The notes: generated from the sequence alone by a model not told the origin. A stretch of 64,000 nt of DNA from Macrostomum lignano (GCA_002269645.1 NIVC01000179.1:62001-126000); one strand, 5' to 3'; shown: positions 35,365-48,621, counted from the stretch's first letter. Translations and numbers: made by a program.

Positions 35365-35978
35365 TAGGGAGAGAGGGGAAGGCGAGAGGACAGGGAAAAA
35401 GTGAGAGGGTGAGGGAAGAGGGTGAGGGAAGAGGGTGAGGGAAGAGGGTGAGGGGGAGAAGGGAGAAGGGAGAGTAGAGGACGGGAGGGGAGAGGGTAGA
35501 GGGGAGAGGTTATAGAGGAGAAGGGAGAAGGGAGAAGAGAGAAAGGAGAGGGGAGAGGGTGAGGGGAGGAGGTGAGGAAAGAGGGTGAGAGGAGAGGGAG
35601 AAGGTGAGGGGAGAGGGAGAGTGGTGAGGGGAGAGGGTGAGGGGAGGAGGTGAGGAAAGAGGGTGAGAGGAGAGGGAGAAGGTGAGGGGAGAGGGAGAGT
35701 GGTGAGGGGAGAGGGTGAGGGGAGAGGGAGAGGGTGAGGGGAGAGGGTGAGGGGAGAGGAGAGAAGGATGAAGGGAGAAACGAGAGAGGAGAGGGAAGTG
35801 AGAGGGTGAGGGGGAGAAGAGAGAAGGGAGAGGGGAGAGGATAGAAAGGAAAGGGGAGAGGGGAGAGGGTGAAGGGAAAGGGAGAGGGTGAGGGAAAGGG
35901 GAGAGGGGAGAGGGTGAGGGAAATGGAGAGGGTGAGGGAAAGGGGAGAGGGGAGAGGGTGAGGGAAATGGAGAGGGTA
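35365..35978. repeat. Purine-rich (GGGAGAGGGTGAG-like) low-complexity tract
   Basis: Direct reading. Confidence 0.85.
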
Positions 35979-36367
35979 ATCGTTGAATTTCAGCCTGATT
36001 GATTTTTCTCTTAAAGATTTTCCTCGTTTATTACTTCGTACTTGAACTCGGTTATCAAGTTGAAGTATTACTGGTAAGTAAACAGAAAGCTGCGGTATCT
36101 ACTGCAATATTAATTAAAGCTACTGCTCTAGGTATGCTAAGGCATGTTTCTTCGTGCAAAACATGGCTTAAAAGTGTATTTAAGGTTAAGGAAAATAAGT
36201 GATTGATAAAGCTAATAAAGCGTCAATATTGAAGATGCCCTAAGCTGAGCATTAGTAATAAAATAAATGAGTCTAGTGAATAAATCTGCACTGGTAAACA
36301 GATGAAACCCTACCTATGGATAATAGACTCAGCGATGGAGTTGAATTCCATAGCATCCCACTTAAGT

Positions 36368-36840
36368 TCATAGATCCCAGATCCCTATAGATCCCAGATC
36401 CTTATAGATCCCAGATCCCTATAGATCCTAGATCCCTACTATAGATCCCAGATCCCTACTATAGATCCCAGATCCCTACTATAGATCCCAGCTCCCTACT
36501 ATAGATCCCAGATCCCTACTATAGATCCCAGATCCCTACTATAGATCCCAGATCCCTACTATAGATCCCAGATCCCTATAGATCACAGATCCCTACTATA
36601 GATTCCCAGATCCCTACTATAGATCCCAGATCCCTATAGATCACAGATCCCTACTATAGATTCCCAGATCCCTACTATTGATCCCAGATCCCTATATAGA
36701 TCCCAGATCCCTACTATAGATTCCAGATCCCTACAATAGATCCCAGATCCCTACAATAGATCCCAGATCCCTACAATAGATTCCAGATCCCTACAATAGA
36801 TCCCAGATCCCTACTATAGATCCCAGATCCCTATAGATCC
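36368..36840. repeat. 20-bp minisatellite (ATAGATCCCAGATCCCTACT)n
   Basis: Direct reading. Confidence 0.95.
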
Positions 36841-37233
36841 CAACTCGGCCGACCGGCCCCGGCCTCGGTCAGTCAGACAGGAGCACAGCTCGCACACCGG
36901 CTCGTACCAGCAGCATCCGGTTTGTTGCCGTGACAACGGCGTCAAGCCGCTGACTGCAAATATGTCGCAGCAGGTCTCGCACATCACGGCCAGGGTGGCG
37001 CCGACGCCGCCATCGACACTGCCGCCGACGCTGTCGAGGTCGCAGAGGTCGCAGTCGACGCTGCGGCCCATGCGGATGTAGGACGACGAGTCTCCGCTGG
37101 CGGCGGCGCACCGGCTGCTGCTCAGTTCGGCGCCGGAGTCGCAGCCGCTGCCGCACCGGCTGAACAGGCGGCGGAGGGCGCCGGAAAGGCGGCTCAGCTG
37201 AAAGCGGCTACGGCGAAGGCGGCCTGCAGACAT
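36814..37233 (-). CDS. Small Cys/Ser/Gly-rich ORF of unknown function, 139 aa
   Basis: GC-rich island with strong C/G3 codon use. The last codons run into the 20-bp array, so the 3' end is uncertain. No family recognised. Confidence 0.45.
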   Translation of the reverse strand: MSAGRLRRSRFQLSRLSGALRRLFSRCGSGCDSGAELSSSRCAAASGDSSSYIRMGRSVDCDLCDLDSVGGSVDGGVGATLAVMCETCCDIFAVSGLTPLSRQQTGCCWYEPVCELCSCLTDRGRGRSAELGSIGIWDL

Positions 37234-37769
37234 TTTTTCTGAGCTGGGCTTGAGCTGCCTGCCTGCCTGCCAACGTATGCTAAAATACTGGATTGATGCA
37301 TGAGCGCTGGCTTGGACTGTTATAGTTTATGGTCATTCTCTGCGGGTAGCGCAGTGTGTGAAAAGCAAGGAACACAAAAATCCCAATTTAAAATAATGTT
37401 CGTATAAGCTACTTGCCAGAAGTAGTTTAACTAACCAACTATTTGAAAAAAATAACGAAATCACTCTAACCAGAATGCATTGAATCAAGAGGGCTTTTAC
37501 CACCAAATAAATGTCAGCTTCGTGTGATCTTTTTAGTGGCTCTTGTGCTCGCCTCATGGCTGGGCGCCGGCGTCAGCCGATGCAACTCCGAGTGCGCGCC
37601 TGTGTTTGCCGGTAGGGTGTCTGCAGCGTCAGCCAATCGTATGGCTAGTGTATTCTGTATGCTCTCCAGAAATCGGGATTTTCTCGGGTGATTTGTCTAT
37701 GGTGAAAACCCATTCGTACTAAATGCACTTGCAATACGACTATACGTTCCTAACCGATCCGATAAGTCA

Positions 37770-38040
37770 TTCAGGGCCCAACTGCTTGGACTCAACCGCA
37801 GGGACATCAGGGCGGTGACCATGGCCCTCTGGATGTCATGGCTGTTTTGCCAGACATCGCTACCTCCAAGAAAAAATCCGTGGCAAGGAATGCCCCTTCT
37901 GCCTCTCCGGTGTCGAGAATGCGGAGCATTTCATCTGTGAATGCCCCGCCTTTACTCAGGACAGGCTCAACTACCTCGGCCCAAACCTCTAAAGTTTTCA
38001 CGCCCGAGAATCTCAGCCACCTAACGGCTACAGGATGAGC
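37770..38040 (+). mobile_element. Decayed 3' end of a non-LTR retrotransposon ORF2 (C-terminal CCHC zinc knuckle)
   Basis: With one frameshift it reads FRAQLLGLNRRDIRAVTMAL/GCHGCFARHRYLQEKIRGKECPFCLSGVENAEHFICECPAFTQDRLNYLG. This is the C-x2-C-x7-H-x4-C knuckle pattern of I/R1/LOA-type LINE C-termini. Confidence 0.75.
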
Positions 38041-38145
38041 AACCATTCACCTCCTTGACTCTCCGAAGGGGGACCGCGCTGCGGACACAGGCATCACCGG
38101 ATCTCCCTGCGCGACACCGCAGCACCAGGTGTCCGTGGTCGCAAG

Positions 38146-39570
38146 CCCATACCATACCATAGACACAACCCCATACCATACCATAGACACAACCCCATAC
38201 CATACCATAGACACAACCCCATACCATACCATAGGCACAACCCCATACCCTACCATAGACACAACCCCATACCATACCATAGACACAACCCCATACCATA
38301 CCATAGACACAACCCCATACCCTACCATAGACACAACCCCATACCATACCATAGACACAACCCCATACCATACCATAGACACAACCCCATACCATACCAT
38401 AGACACAACCCCATACCATACCATAGACACAACCCCATACCATACCATAGACACAACCCCCATACTATACCATAGACACAACCCCATACCATACCATAGA
38501 CACAACCCCATACCATACCATAGACACAACCCCATACCATACCCTAGACACAACCCCATACCATACCCTAGACACAACCCCATACCATACCATAGACACA
38601 ACCCCCATACCATACCATAGACACAACCCCCATATCATACCATAGACACAATCCCATACCATAGACACAACCCCATACCATACCATATACACAACCCCAT
38701 ACCATACCATAGACACAAACCCATACCATACCATAGACACAACCCCATACCATACCATAGACACAACCCCATACCATACCATAGACACAAACCCATACCA
38801 TACCATAGACACAACCCCATACCATACCATAGACACAACCCCATACCATACCATAGACACAACCCCATACCATACCATAGACACAATCCCATACCATACC
38901 ATAGACACAACCCCATACCATACCATAGACACAAACCCATACCATACCATAGACACAACCCCATACCATACCATAGACACAACCCCATACCATACCATAG
39001 ACACAAACCCATACCATACCATAGACACAACCCCATACCATACCATAGACACAACCCCATACCATACCCTAGACACAACCCCATACCATACCCTAGACAC
39101 AACCCCATACCATACCATAGACACAACCCCCATACCATACCATAGACACAACCCCCATATCATACCATAGACACAATCCCATACCATAGACACAACCCCA
39201 TACCATACCATATACACAACCCCATACCATACCATAGACACAACCCCATACCATACCATAGACACAACCCCATACCATACCATAGACACAATCCCATACC
39301 ATACCATAGACACAATCCCATACCATACCATAGACACAACCCCATACCATACCATAGACACAACCCCATACCATACCATAGACACAACCCCATACCATAC
39401 CATAGACACAATCCCATACCATACCATAGACACAACCCTATACCATACCATAGACACAACCCCATACCATACCATAGACACAACCCCATACCATACCATA
39501 GACACAATCCCATACCATACCATAGACACAATCCCATACCATACCATAGACACAACCCCATACCATACCA
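38146..39570. repeat. 24-bp minisatellite (CATACCATACCATAGACACAACCC)n
   Basis: Direct reading. Confidence 0.95.
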
Positions 39571-40161
39571 TAGACGAAATTTGGGCTAAAAACATTTAGG
39601 AGAATTTATAATTCTCGGTTCGTGCTACCACAGCAAACGATTTTACACAGACACCAATAGGAGTATTGTAGCGAATTTGTCAGACAGACAGCTGTGCAAC
39701 CGTTAACAGCAACAGTTTGCATAGTTTTTGATTAAACGTATTTGGCTTCGGCTGCAGAAGAACAAAAAAATTATGATTTATTCTTGCACGCAAATTCGAA
39801 ACGTACCGTGCACAGGCTGCGGAAATGATTGACTGCGGTGCATGTATGCAGGACCGGACTAACCATGTATGGTTGGGTACGGAAATCAATAGGACCGTGA
39901 AGCCCACTGTGGAAAGGTCACTAAGGCAAGACAGACAGAATTTCTCCGAAGGGGGATTCCAGGCTGGCCAGATAACCGTTTAGGAGAAGTATTTCTGCAC
40001 AGAATGCCGCCATGGACAGCTAAAGTTGAAGGATACGGCATTCACAGATTGTGAAAATTTTATTTGGAAACATTCGCTGCAAAACTAGAATTTTATATCA
40101 CAGAAATGACGATGCTCACATGCTGAGCTGTCGAATGTGGAATAAGTCGTGTCTTTTGCCC

Positions 40162-40665
40162 TATGGTATAGGGGTTATGTCTATGGTATGGGGTTTATGT
40201 CTATGGTAAGGGGTTTATGTCTATGGTAAGGGGTTTGTGTCTATGGTAAGGGGTTTGTGTCTATGGTAAGGGGTTTGTGTCTATGGTAAGGGGTTTGTGT
40301 CTATGGTAAGTTGTTTTTGTTTATGGTAAGTTGTTTGTGTCTTTGGTAAGTTGTTTGTGTCTTTGGTAAGTTGTTTGTGTCTATGGTAAGTTGTTTGTGT
40401 CTATGGTAAGGGGTTTGTGTCTATGGTAAGGGGTTTGTGGCTATAGTAATGGATTTGTGTCTATGGTAAGGGGTTTGTGTCTATGGGAAGGGGTTTGTGT
40501 CTATGGGAAGGGGTTTGTGTCTATGGTAAGGGGTTTGTGTCTATGGTAAGGGGTTTGTGTCTATGGTAAGGGGTTTGTGTCTATGGTAAGGGGTTTGTGT
40601 CTATGGTAAGGGGTTTGTGTCTATGGTAAGAGGTTTGTGTCTATAGTAAGGGATTTGTGTCTATG
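40162..40665. repeat. 20-bp minisatellite (GTCTATGGTAAGGGGTTTGT)n, inverted relative of the 24-bp array
   Basis: Direct reading; its reverse complement shares ACCATAGACACAA(A)CCCC. Confidence 0.95.
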
Positions 40666-41377
40666 GGAGGATCTATGGGAAACCACTGAGTTACCACAAA
40701 GTTCGTCTGTGGTAAAAACCCATTAGACAAATTGCAACCCAGAAAAAATCTTAGGAAATTCTTTTTTCAGAGCACAGCTGCTATTTGAAGCCTTCTGTTC
40801 TGCATTAATCTATTTTTCGAAAATGTATCTTGATGAGTGAGTCTCAGACAAAACCCATATCATACCATGGACAAAAGTTGGGCTAAAGTCTTACTTTAAT
40901 AATTTGCGATTAGAAAGTACCAAAGGTGATTAAGTAATACATTTTGCAGTGAAAACCGGCTTCCAGTGCAACTGCGGCATTCTTCTACTTTTAGTGGTCC
41001 ATGGCCGCGGCATTAAATTGATGCCCAGCAACTGGCGAAGCTGGCAGCCGTGCACTCAAGGAAGCAGCAATGCACTGCCGAAGTAGAAAAAAAGTTTGAA
41101 AAAGCTCGCTTGCACAGTACTAATTTCGAATGGCAGTCTGATAAATATAGTTAGCTTCAAATTCTTGCACTAAAAACTAAAGCTTGCAAGGGTTTGCATT
41201 TTCATTCGCCATGCACGAAGGTAAAGTGCTGCAAAACTGCGCTGAATGTCCCTCAACTCGACAAGCAATGTGTAAGCCGATGCTGCATCACCGCACTGTC
41301 CCCAACTGTTCAATTCAAGTGCGCACCGCAAACGCAGTTTCATGATTTCGCAACGCCTCTGTGCCCGGCTGTTTCTC

Positions 41378-44300
41378 TCAGCCTCTCAGCTGATCCACCA
41401 TGGCGACCCCCACGGCCGAAGTCCGCCTACCGCTGAGCAGCCAGTCCAGCTGCCTGGACAGCACGTTGAGCTCACGGCTCTGCGCCTCCAGGCTGTCCAG
41501 CATGCCGGCCTGGGCGACGCCGACCTTGTTGAGCCTGGCTGCCGCGGCCGCCGACTCCCCGGTTAGGCTGGCTTCGTCGCCGCCGACGCCGACGCCGCCA
41601 AACCCGTCGAGCCTCGGGCGCAGCCGCCTAAGCGTGACGGCCTGGTAAAACAGGTACACCATGTACACGGAGCTCCGCTCGCCGATCGCCGCCAGCTTGT
41701 CTGCCGAGGCCGCGTCAGCTGGCGACGCCGATCGGTCGGCGCCGGTGCAGGCGGAGCTCAGCTGGCGGACCAGCCAGCACAGCAGGTTCCACAGCTCCAG
41801 CAGCAGGTTGAAGGGCAGCGGGACGGCCGAACGGGCTGTGAATTCTTCGTTGAGCTCGTAGCAGCCGATCAGCCACATGGAGCGGGACTCCGCGTCCACT
41901 GAGTCCACCGTCTTGCTGAACAGCGCCACGATCACGTTCAGGAGCAGGATCTGTACGATGGCGATGTATAGTACTAGCAGGATGTAGTGCACCAGGTCGC
42001 TGCCGGGGTGCGCCACGCACATGCTAGCGCCATCCGGCGCGGAGGTGTCGTTGCCGTCGCTGGGGCTGTAGTCGCACACGTTTTCGAGTTCGTCCAGGCC
42101 GTATTCGCCTGCGAGGGGAGTTATAATCCAACCCAATATAATCCAACCCAATATAATCCAACCCAATCCAATCCAACCCAATATAATCCAATCCAATATA
42201 ATCCAATCCAATATAATCCAATCCAATCCAATCCAACCCAATATAATCCAACCCAATATAATCCAACCCAATATAATCCAACCCAATCCAATCCAACCCA
42301 ATATAATCCAATCCAATATAATCCAATCCAATATAATCCAATCCAATCCAATCCAACCCAATATAATCCAATCCAATATAATCCAATCCAATATAATCCA
42401 ACCCAATATAATCCAATCCAATATAATCCAATCCAATATAATCCAATCCAATCCAATCCAACCCAATATAATCCAATCCAATATAATCCAATCCAATATA
42501 ATCCAACCCAATATAATCCAATCCAATATAATCCAATCCAATATAATCCAACCCAATATAATCCAACCCAATATAATCCAACCCAATCCAATCCAACCCA
42601 ATATAATCCAATCCAATATAATCCAATCCAATATAATCCAATCCAATCCAATCCAACCCAATATAATCCAATCCAATATAATCCAATCCAATATAATCCA
42701 ACCCAATATAATCCAATCCAATATAATCCAATCCAATATAATCCAATCCAATCCAATCCAACCCAATATAATCCAATCCAATATAATCCAACCCAATATA
42801 ATCCAATCCAATATAATCCAATCCAATATAATCCAATCCAATCCAATCCAACCCAATATAATCCAATCCAATATAATCCAATCCAATCCAATCCAATCCA
42901 ATCTAATCCAACCCAATATAATCCAATCCAATCCAATCCAATCCAATCCAACCCAATCCAATCCAATCTAATCCAATCCAATCCAACCCAATCCAATCCA
43001 ACCCAATCCAATCCAATCTAATCCAACCCAATATAATCCAATCCAACCCAATATAATCCAATCCAATCCAATCCAACCCAATCCAATCCAATCTAATCCA
43101 ATCCAATCCAATCCAATCCAATCCAACCCAATCCAATCCAACCCAATCCAATCCAATCCAATCCAACCCAATATAATCCAATCCAATCCAATCCAATCCA
43201 ATCCAACCCAATCCAATCCAATCTAATCCAATCCAATCCAACCCAATATAATCCAATCCAATCCAATCCAATCCAATCCAACCCAATCCAATCCAATCTA
43301 ATCCAATCCAATCCAACCCAATATAATCCAATCCAATCCAATCCAACCCAATATAATCCAACCCAATATAATCCAATCCAATCCAATCCAACCCAATATA
43401 ATCCAATCCAATCCAATCCAACCCAATATAATCCAACCCAATATAATCCAATCCAATCCAATCCAACCCAATATAATCCAATCCAATCCAATCCAATCCA
43501 ATCCAATATAATCCAATCCAATCCTATCCAATCCAATCCAATCCAATCCAATCCAATCCAATCCAATATAATCCAATCCAATCCTATCCAATCCAATCCA
43601 ATCCAATCCAACCCAATCCAATCCAATGCAATCCAACCCAATATAATCCAATCCAATCCAATCCAATCCAATCCAACCCAATCCAATCCAATCTAATCCA
43701 ATCCAATCCAACCCAATCCAATCCAACCCAATCCAATCCAATCTAATCCAACCCAATATAATCCAATCCAACCCAATATAATCCAATCCAATCCAATCCA
43801 ACCCAATCCAATCCAATCTAATCCAATCCAATCCAATCCAATCCAATCCAACCCAATCCAATCCAACCCAATCCAATCCAATCCAATCCAACCCAATATA
43901 ATCCAATCTAATCCAATCCAATCCAATCCAACCCAATCCAATCCAATCTAATCCAATCCAATCCAACCCAATATAATCCAATCCAATCCAATCCAATCCA
44001 ATCCAACCCAATCCAATCCAATCTAATCCAATCCAATCCAACCCAATATAATCCAATCCAATCCAATCCAACCCAATATAATCCAACCCAATATAATCCA
44101 ATCCAATCCAATCCAACCCAATATAATCCAATCCAATCCAATCCAACCCAATATAATCCAACCCAATATAATCCAATCCAATCCAATCCAACCCAATATA
44201 ATCCAATCCAATCCAATCCAATCCAATATAATCCAATCCAATCTTATCCAATCCAATCCAATCCAATCCAATCCAATCCAATCCAATATAATCCAATCCA

Positions 44301-47300
44301 ATCCTATCCAATCCAATCCAATCCAATCCAACCCAATCCAATCCAATGCAATCCAACCCAATATAATCCAATCCAATCCAATCCAATCCAACCCAATCCA
44401 ATCCAATCTAATCCAATCCAATCCAACCCAATCCAATCCAACCCAATCCAATCCAATCTAATCCAACCCAATATAATCCAATCCAACCCAATATAATCCA
44501 ATCCAATCCAATCCAACCCAATCCAATCCAATCTAATCCAATCCAATCCAATCCAATCCAATCCTATCCAATCCAACCCAATCCAATCCAATCCAATCCA
44601 ACCCAATATAATCCAATCCAATCCAATCCAATCCAATCCAACCCAATCCAATCCAATCTAATCCAATCCAATCCAACCCAATATAATCCAATCCAATCCA
44701 ATCCAATCCAATCCAACCCAACCCAATCCAATCTAATCCAATCCAATCCAACCCAATATAATCCAATCCAATCCAATCCAACCCAATATAATCCAACCCA
44801 ATATAATCCAATCCAATCCAATCCAACCCAATATAATCCAATCCAATCCAATCCAACCCAATATAATCCAACCCAATATAATCCAATCCAATCCAATCCA
44901 ACCCAATATAATCCAATCCAATCCAATCCAATCCAATATAATCCAATCCAATCCTATCCAATCCAATCCAATCCAATCCAATCCAATACAATCCAATATA
45001 ATCCAATCCAATCCTATCCAATCCAACCCAATCCAATCCAATCCTATCCAATCCAATCCAATACAATCCAATATAATCCAATCCAATCCAATCCAATCCA
45101 ATCCAATCCAATCCAATCCAATCCAATCCAATCCAATATAATCCAATCCAATCCTATCCAATCCAATCCAACCCAATCCAATCCAATCCAATATAATCCA
45201 ATCCAATCCTATCCAATCCAATCCAACCCAATATAATCCAACCCAATATAATCCAATCCAATATAATCCAATCCAATCCTATCCAATCCAATCCAATCCA
45301 ATCCAATCCAATCCAATATAATCCAATCCAATCCTATCCAATCCAATCCAAACCAATCCAATCCAACCCAATATAATCCAATCCAATCCAATCCAATCCA
45401 ACCCAATATAATCCAACCCAATATAATCCAATCCAATCCAATCCAATCCAATCCAATCCAATCCAATCCAATCCAATCCAATCCAATTTAACCCAAAAGC
45501 CCCTGTTGCCTAGCCTCCAGTGTGTCCGCAGTTACTTACCCACAATGGCATAAAATGTCCTCCTGATGATGGCCACCGCCAGCTCGGCAGGCGGGATGTT
45601 CACACTTCTGCCGTTCCGGTGGTAGGCGGCGCCCGGCCAGAGCAGAGCGGCGAAGGCGATCCCGAAGCCGGCCATGACCACAGCCAAGATGTATAGGAAC
45701 GGGATGAAGTCGCGCCGGATGACCTGGGACAGCATTTTGAGCTTGACGCCGACAGACTCCAGCACGACCGAGACGAACAGGATGCGCAGCCAGAAGATGA
45801 GGGTGGCCGCTACCACGAAGATGTATCCGACGCTGCGGGAGCGGCGCTCGTGGTCCGGCATCAGGGTGCCAAGCAAGTCCCAATCGCTCGAGCTGAAGCG
45901 GCGAGAGACGAAAGCGATCAAGCCGCAGGTGACAGCCACCAAGTCCAAGATGTTCCAGCCATCGGAGAGGTAGGCGGCGAGCACGCCCCGGTGATAACAT
46001 GCGACCAGCTCGCGAAGCTCCTCGGCCAGAACGCCCAGCATGGCCAAGTAGCTCGCCACCTCCAGGCTGCTGACGTCACCCTGCGTGGTACCGAAAACCT
46101 TTTATCTATTCAGCCCTCCTTATCTTTGCTTTAGCAGGAAATAAACGTGGAAAGAATGACACCCGATGCAACTCTTTTCGGCACCTTCTGGCCGATGAGA
46201 GCAGTCAGCTCAGCCGCATGCCAAACAATCTGCCATCACGCCAATAAGTAAAACAGTCTCACCTGAAAGTCGTGCAAAATCATCAGCGACAGCATGGTCA
46301 CGGTTGCAAAGTAGAACGCTACGCTGGCGCGGAACTTCACGCACGGAGTGTCGTAGAAGCGGTGCAGGTCGGCGGCGCAGGCCCGAAGCTCTGAGCACCA
46401 GCCGGGTGGAGGCGGCGGCGGCGGCCGATTGGACGAGTTATTCTCGACAGACTCTTCCTCATCGGCGTTAGCGAGCTCATCCTCTTCAACACCGTCGTCG
46501 TTGCCCTCGCCATCCGAGTCGCCCAGCATTTTGTCCAGGAAGCGCCTCTTCTCCGGATCATTCAGCCGACGCAGCAGGCGCGGCAGGAAGGGCAGCAGCG
46601 GCGGTAGGAAGCCGCAGGCGATGAGCAGCTCGCGAACAAACGACGACTGGCCGGGCAGGGAGCGACTTTTAAAGAACTCGCCATACCAGCGCATGTCCGT
46701 GGCCAGCTCGGCGATGTCCAGCTTGACGAGGCTGGTGACGCAGCCGATGGCGGCCAAGTCAAGCACCGTGTAGTCGGCGTAGTTGGGCAGTGGCTGGCTG
46801 ATGAAGCTGATGGTCAGGCAGTTGCCCACAGAGCTGTCGACGTCTTTCACCGCGCGCAGCGTCCGCACCGCCAAGGACTCGCAGATGCCGGCGACGCGGG
46901 CTGCGGCCTCGGCGAACACGTTGTCCACCTCCGGCCGGCGAGCCAGGGCGCGGAGCAGCGTGGCAGAGAGCAGCGCCAGCGGCACCATGTCGAACTCCTC
47001 CTGGCGTAGCAGCACCGTCACCAGCCGCAGGCGACCCGTCAGCACCGCCCAGGTGGTCAGCGACTGCAGCGGATCGCGCAGCGCCCCGACGGCGTCGATC
47101 TCACGAGGGAACACCGGCTCGCGGGAGCGGAACCGCTCGAAGCCGGTCAGCCGGGCCACCACCCGGTTCAGCCGGCCGGCCTCCACGCGCCAGCGGCCGT
47201 CAGGGGAGCCGGCGGCCAGCTCCCGGCGAATCGCCTGACACGGCCCACCGACAACAGAAGCCGAGGCAGCCGCAGCGGCGGACGACCCAGAGACCGTCGC

Positions 47301-48533
47301 CTTGCGGTAGCGGAGGGCCACCGAGTACAGCTGGCGGATGCGCAGTCGGAGCCGGGCGGCCAGCAGCAGCCAGAGACGCCTGCAGGCGGTCAGCCGCCTC
47401 AGCTGGCCAGCTTCCTGCGTCAAAAGGACGAGTCGGCCGACACGACCGGCCAGTCGGCCAACCAGGCCGGCCGAGTCCGCCAGCTCTAGATCGGGCGTCA
47501 GGCCCAGCTGATGCGCGTCGACCAAGGCGTCGACCAGCCGCTGGCTCGACATTCCCCGCTCGCTGGCGACCGCCTCCAGACCGGCGAGCCGCTCCTTACA
47601 GACCCGGTCGCTCGGCCGGAACGGCGTCTCCCCGTCAAAGGCGGTGCCTGTGTCGATGCTCAGCAGCTGGGCCAGGTAGGCGCGGCCGGGTCGGCTGGAG
47701 AGCAGGTCGCTGGCGGTCTGGCCCCGTCGCAGGCCCGGCCGCAGGGGGGCAGCCAGGCGCCGGCCAAGGCAGTCCAGGCCATCGGTGTCGCGGCCAACCA
47801 GCAGGATGTCAACCGGCGCCCGGCCTCGCCCGTCCAGAGCCAGGTGGTCGGCGCCGCAACGCAGCAGCAGCTGCAGCAGCTCAGCGTTGCCGGCGGCCGC
47901 GGCCACGTGCAGGCAAGTGATTTTCCCGAGGCCGAGCCCGATGGTGGGGCAGCAAGCCAGCCGCGGTTCCGCCGCCAGCAGAGCTGCCGCGGCAGAATTG
48001 TTGCCGGCCAGGCAGGCGCGATGCAGCGGGTTGTCGCCATCGGCGTCAGTCGCCCAGCTGTCGGCACCGGCGGCGAGCAGGGCGAGCAGGCAGGGTGCGT
48101 CGCCGCTGTGGCAGCTCTCGGCTGCCGTGTGCAGCGGCGTCTCGCCGACATTTTCGCCATTATATTCGAAGCTTTCGTTATCACCGCTGCTGCCGCGATC
48201 TTCATCAGCGTCGGTGAGGTCTGGGTCGGCGCCGCTGGCTAGTAAAAGGCGCAGACAGGCCGGCCGGCACTCAGGCGACACGGCCGCGTGCAGCAGGCGG
48301 CGCCGGCAACGGCGCCCGATGAGGTCGGCGTCCTCGCAAGCTGCACAGGGCGCGTTGGGATCGCCGCCGCTACGCAAAAGCTTTTCAAGGGCGTCGGCAT
48401 CGTCCAGCTGGACGGCCGCGTGCATGCGGGATGCGAGATCGGCCTGCTGCATGATAATGCGATACGGCTGGGTCTGCACTGCCTTCTGCTGCTTCAAATA
48501 GCTGGCAGAGAAGACGGAGCGCCGACATGACAT
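41378..48533 (-). CDS. TRP cation channel with N-terminal ankyrin repeats and TRPM-type body, ~1180 aa, 3 exons
   Basis: Exons 48533-46263 (donor CAG|gtgaga), 46080-45540 (acgcag| … G|gtaagt) and 42108-41378 (tcgcag|, stop) are in phase and total 3543 nt. There are ~5 ankyrin repeats (GETPLHTAA, GDNPLHRAC, TCLHVAA). Also present: TRPM MHR4-like DPLQSLTTWAVLTGR…TVLDLAA…MRWYG, pre-S1 FYDTPCVKF, S2/S3 DGWNILDL, pore FYAIVGEYGLDEL, S6 ILLLNVIVALFS, and a TRP helix MWLIGCYEL…AVPLPFN. Confidence 0.9.
42124..45486. repeat. (ATCCA)n pentamer satellite with ACCCA/ATATA variants, ~3.36 kb, filling TRP intron 2
   Basis: Direct reading; ~720-725-bp higher-order duplications (identical ORFs at 42968 and 43693). 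Confidence 0.97.
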
Positions 48534-48621
48534 GCACTGCTACAATTCTTTTGCGCGGGCCAATCACAGCACTTCCAGCAAAGGCAGCCTGCACTGTTAA
48601 ATTTTTACTTGCCACACTGGC

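Noticed and set aside
38021-39595. MVWYGVVS / TTPYHTID repeat ORFs
   Set aside because: 24-bp array, open in several frames.
41987-45481. Many DWIGL / QYNPI ORFs, including the first ~280 aa of the 527-aa ORF
   Set aside because: Pentamer satellite; only 42108-41378 is real coding sequence.
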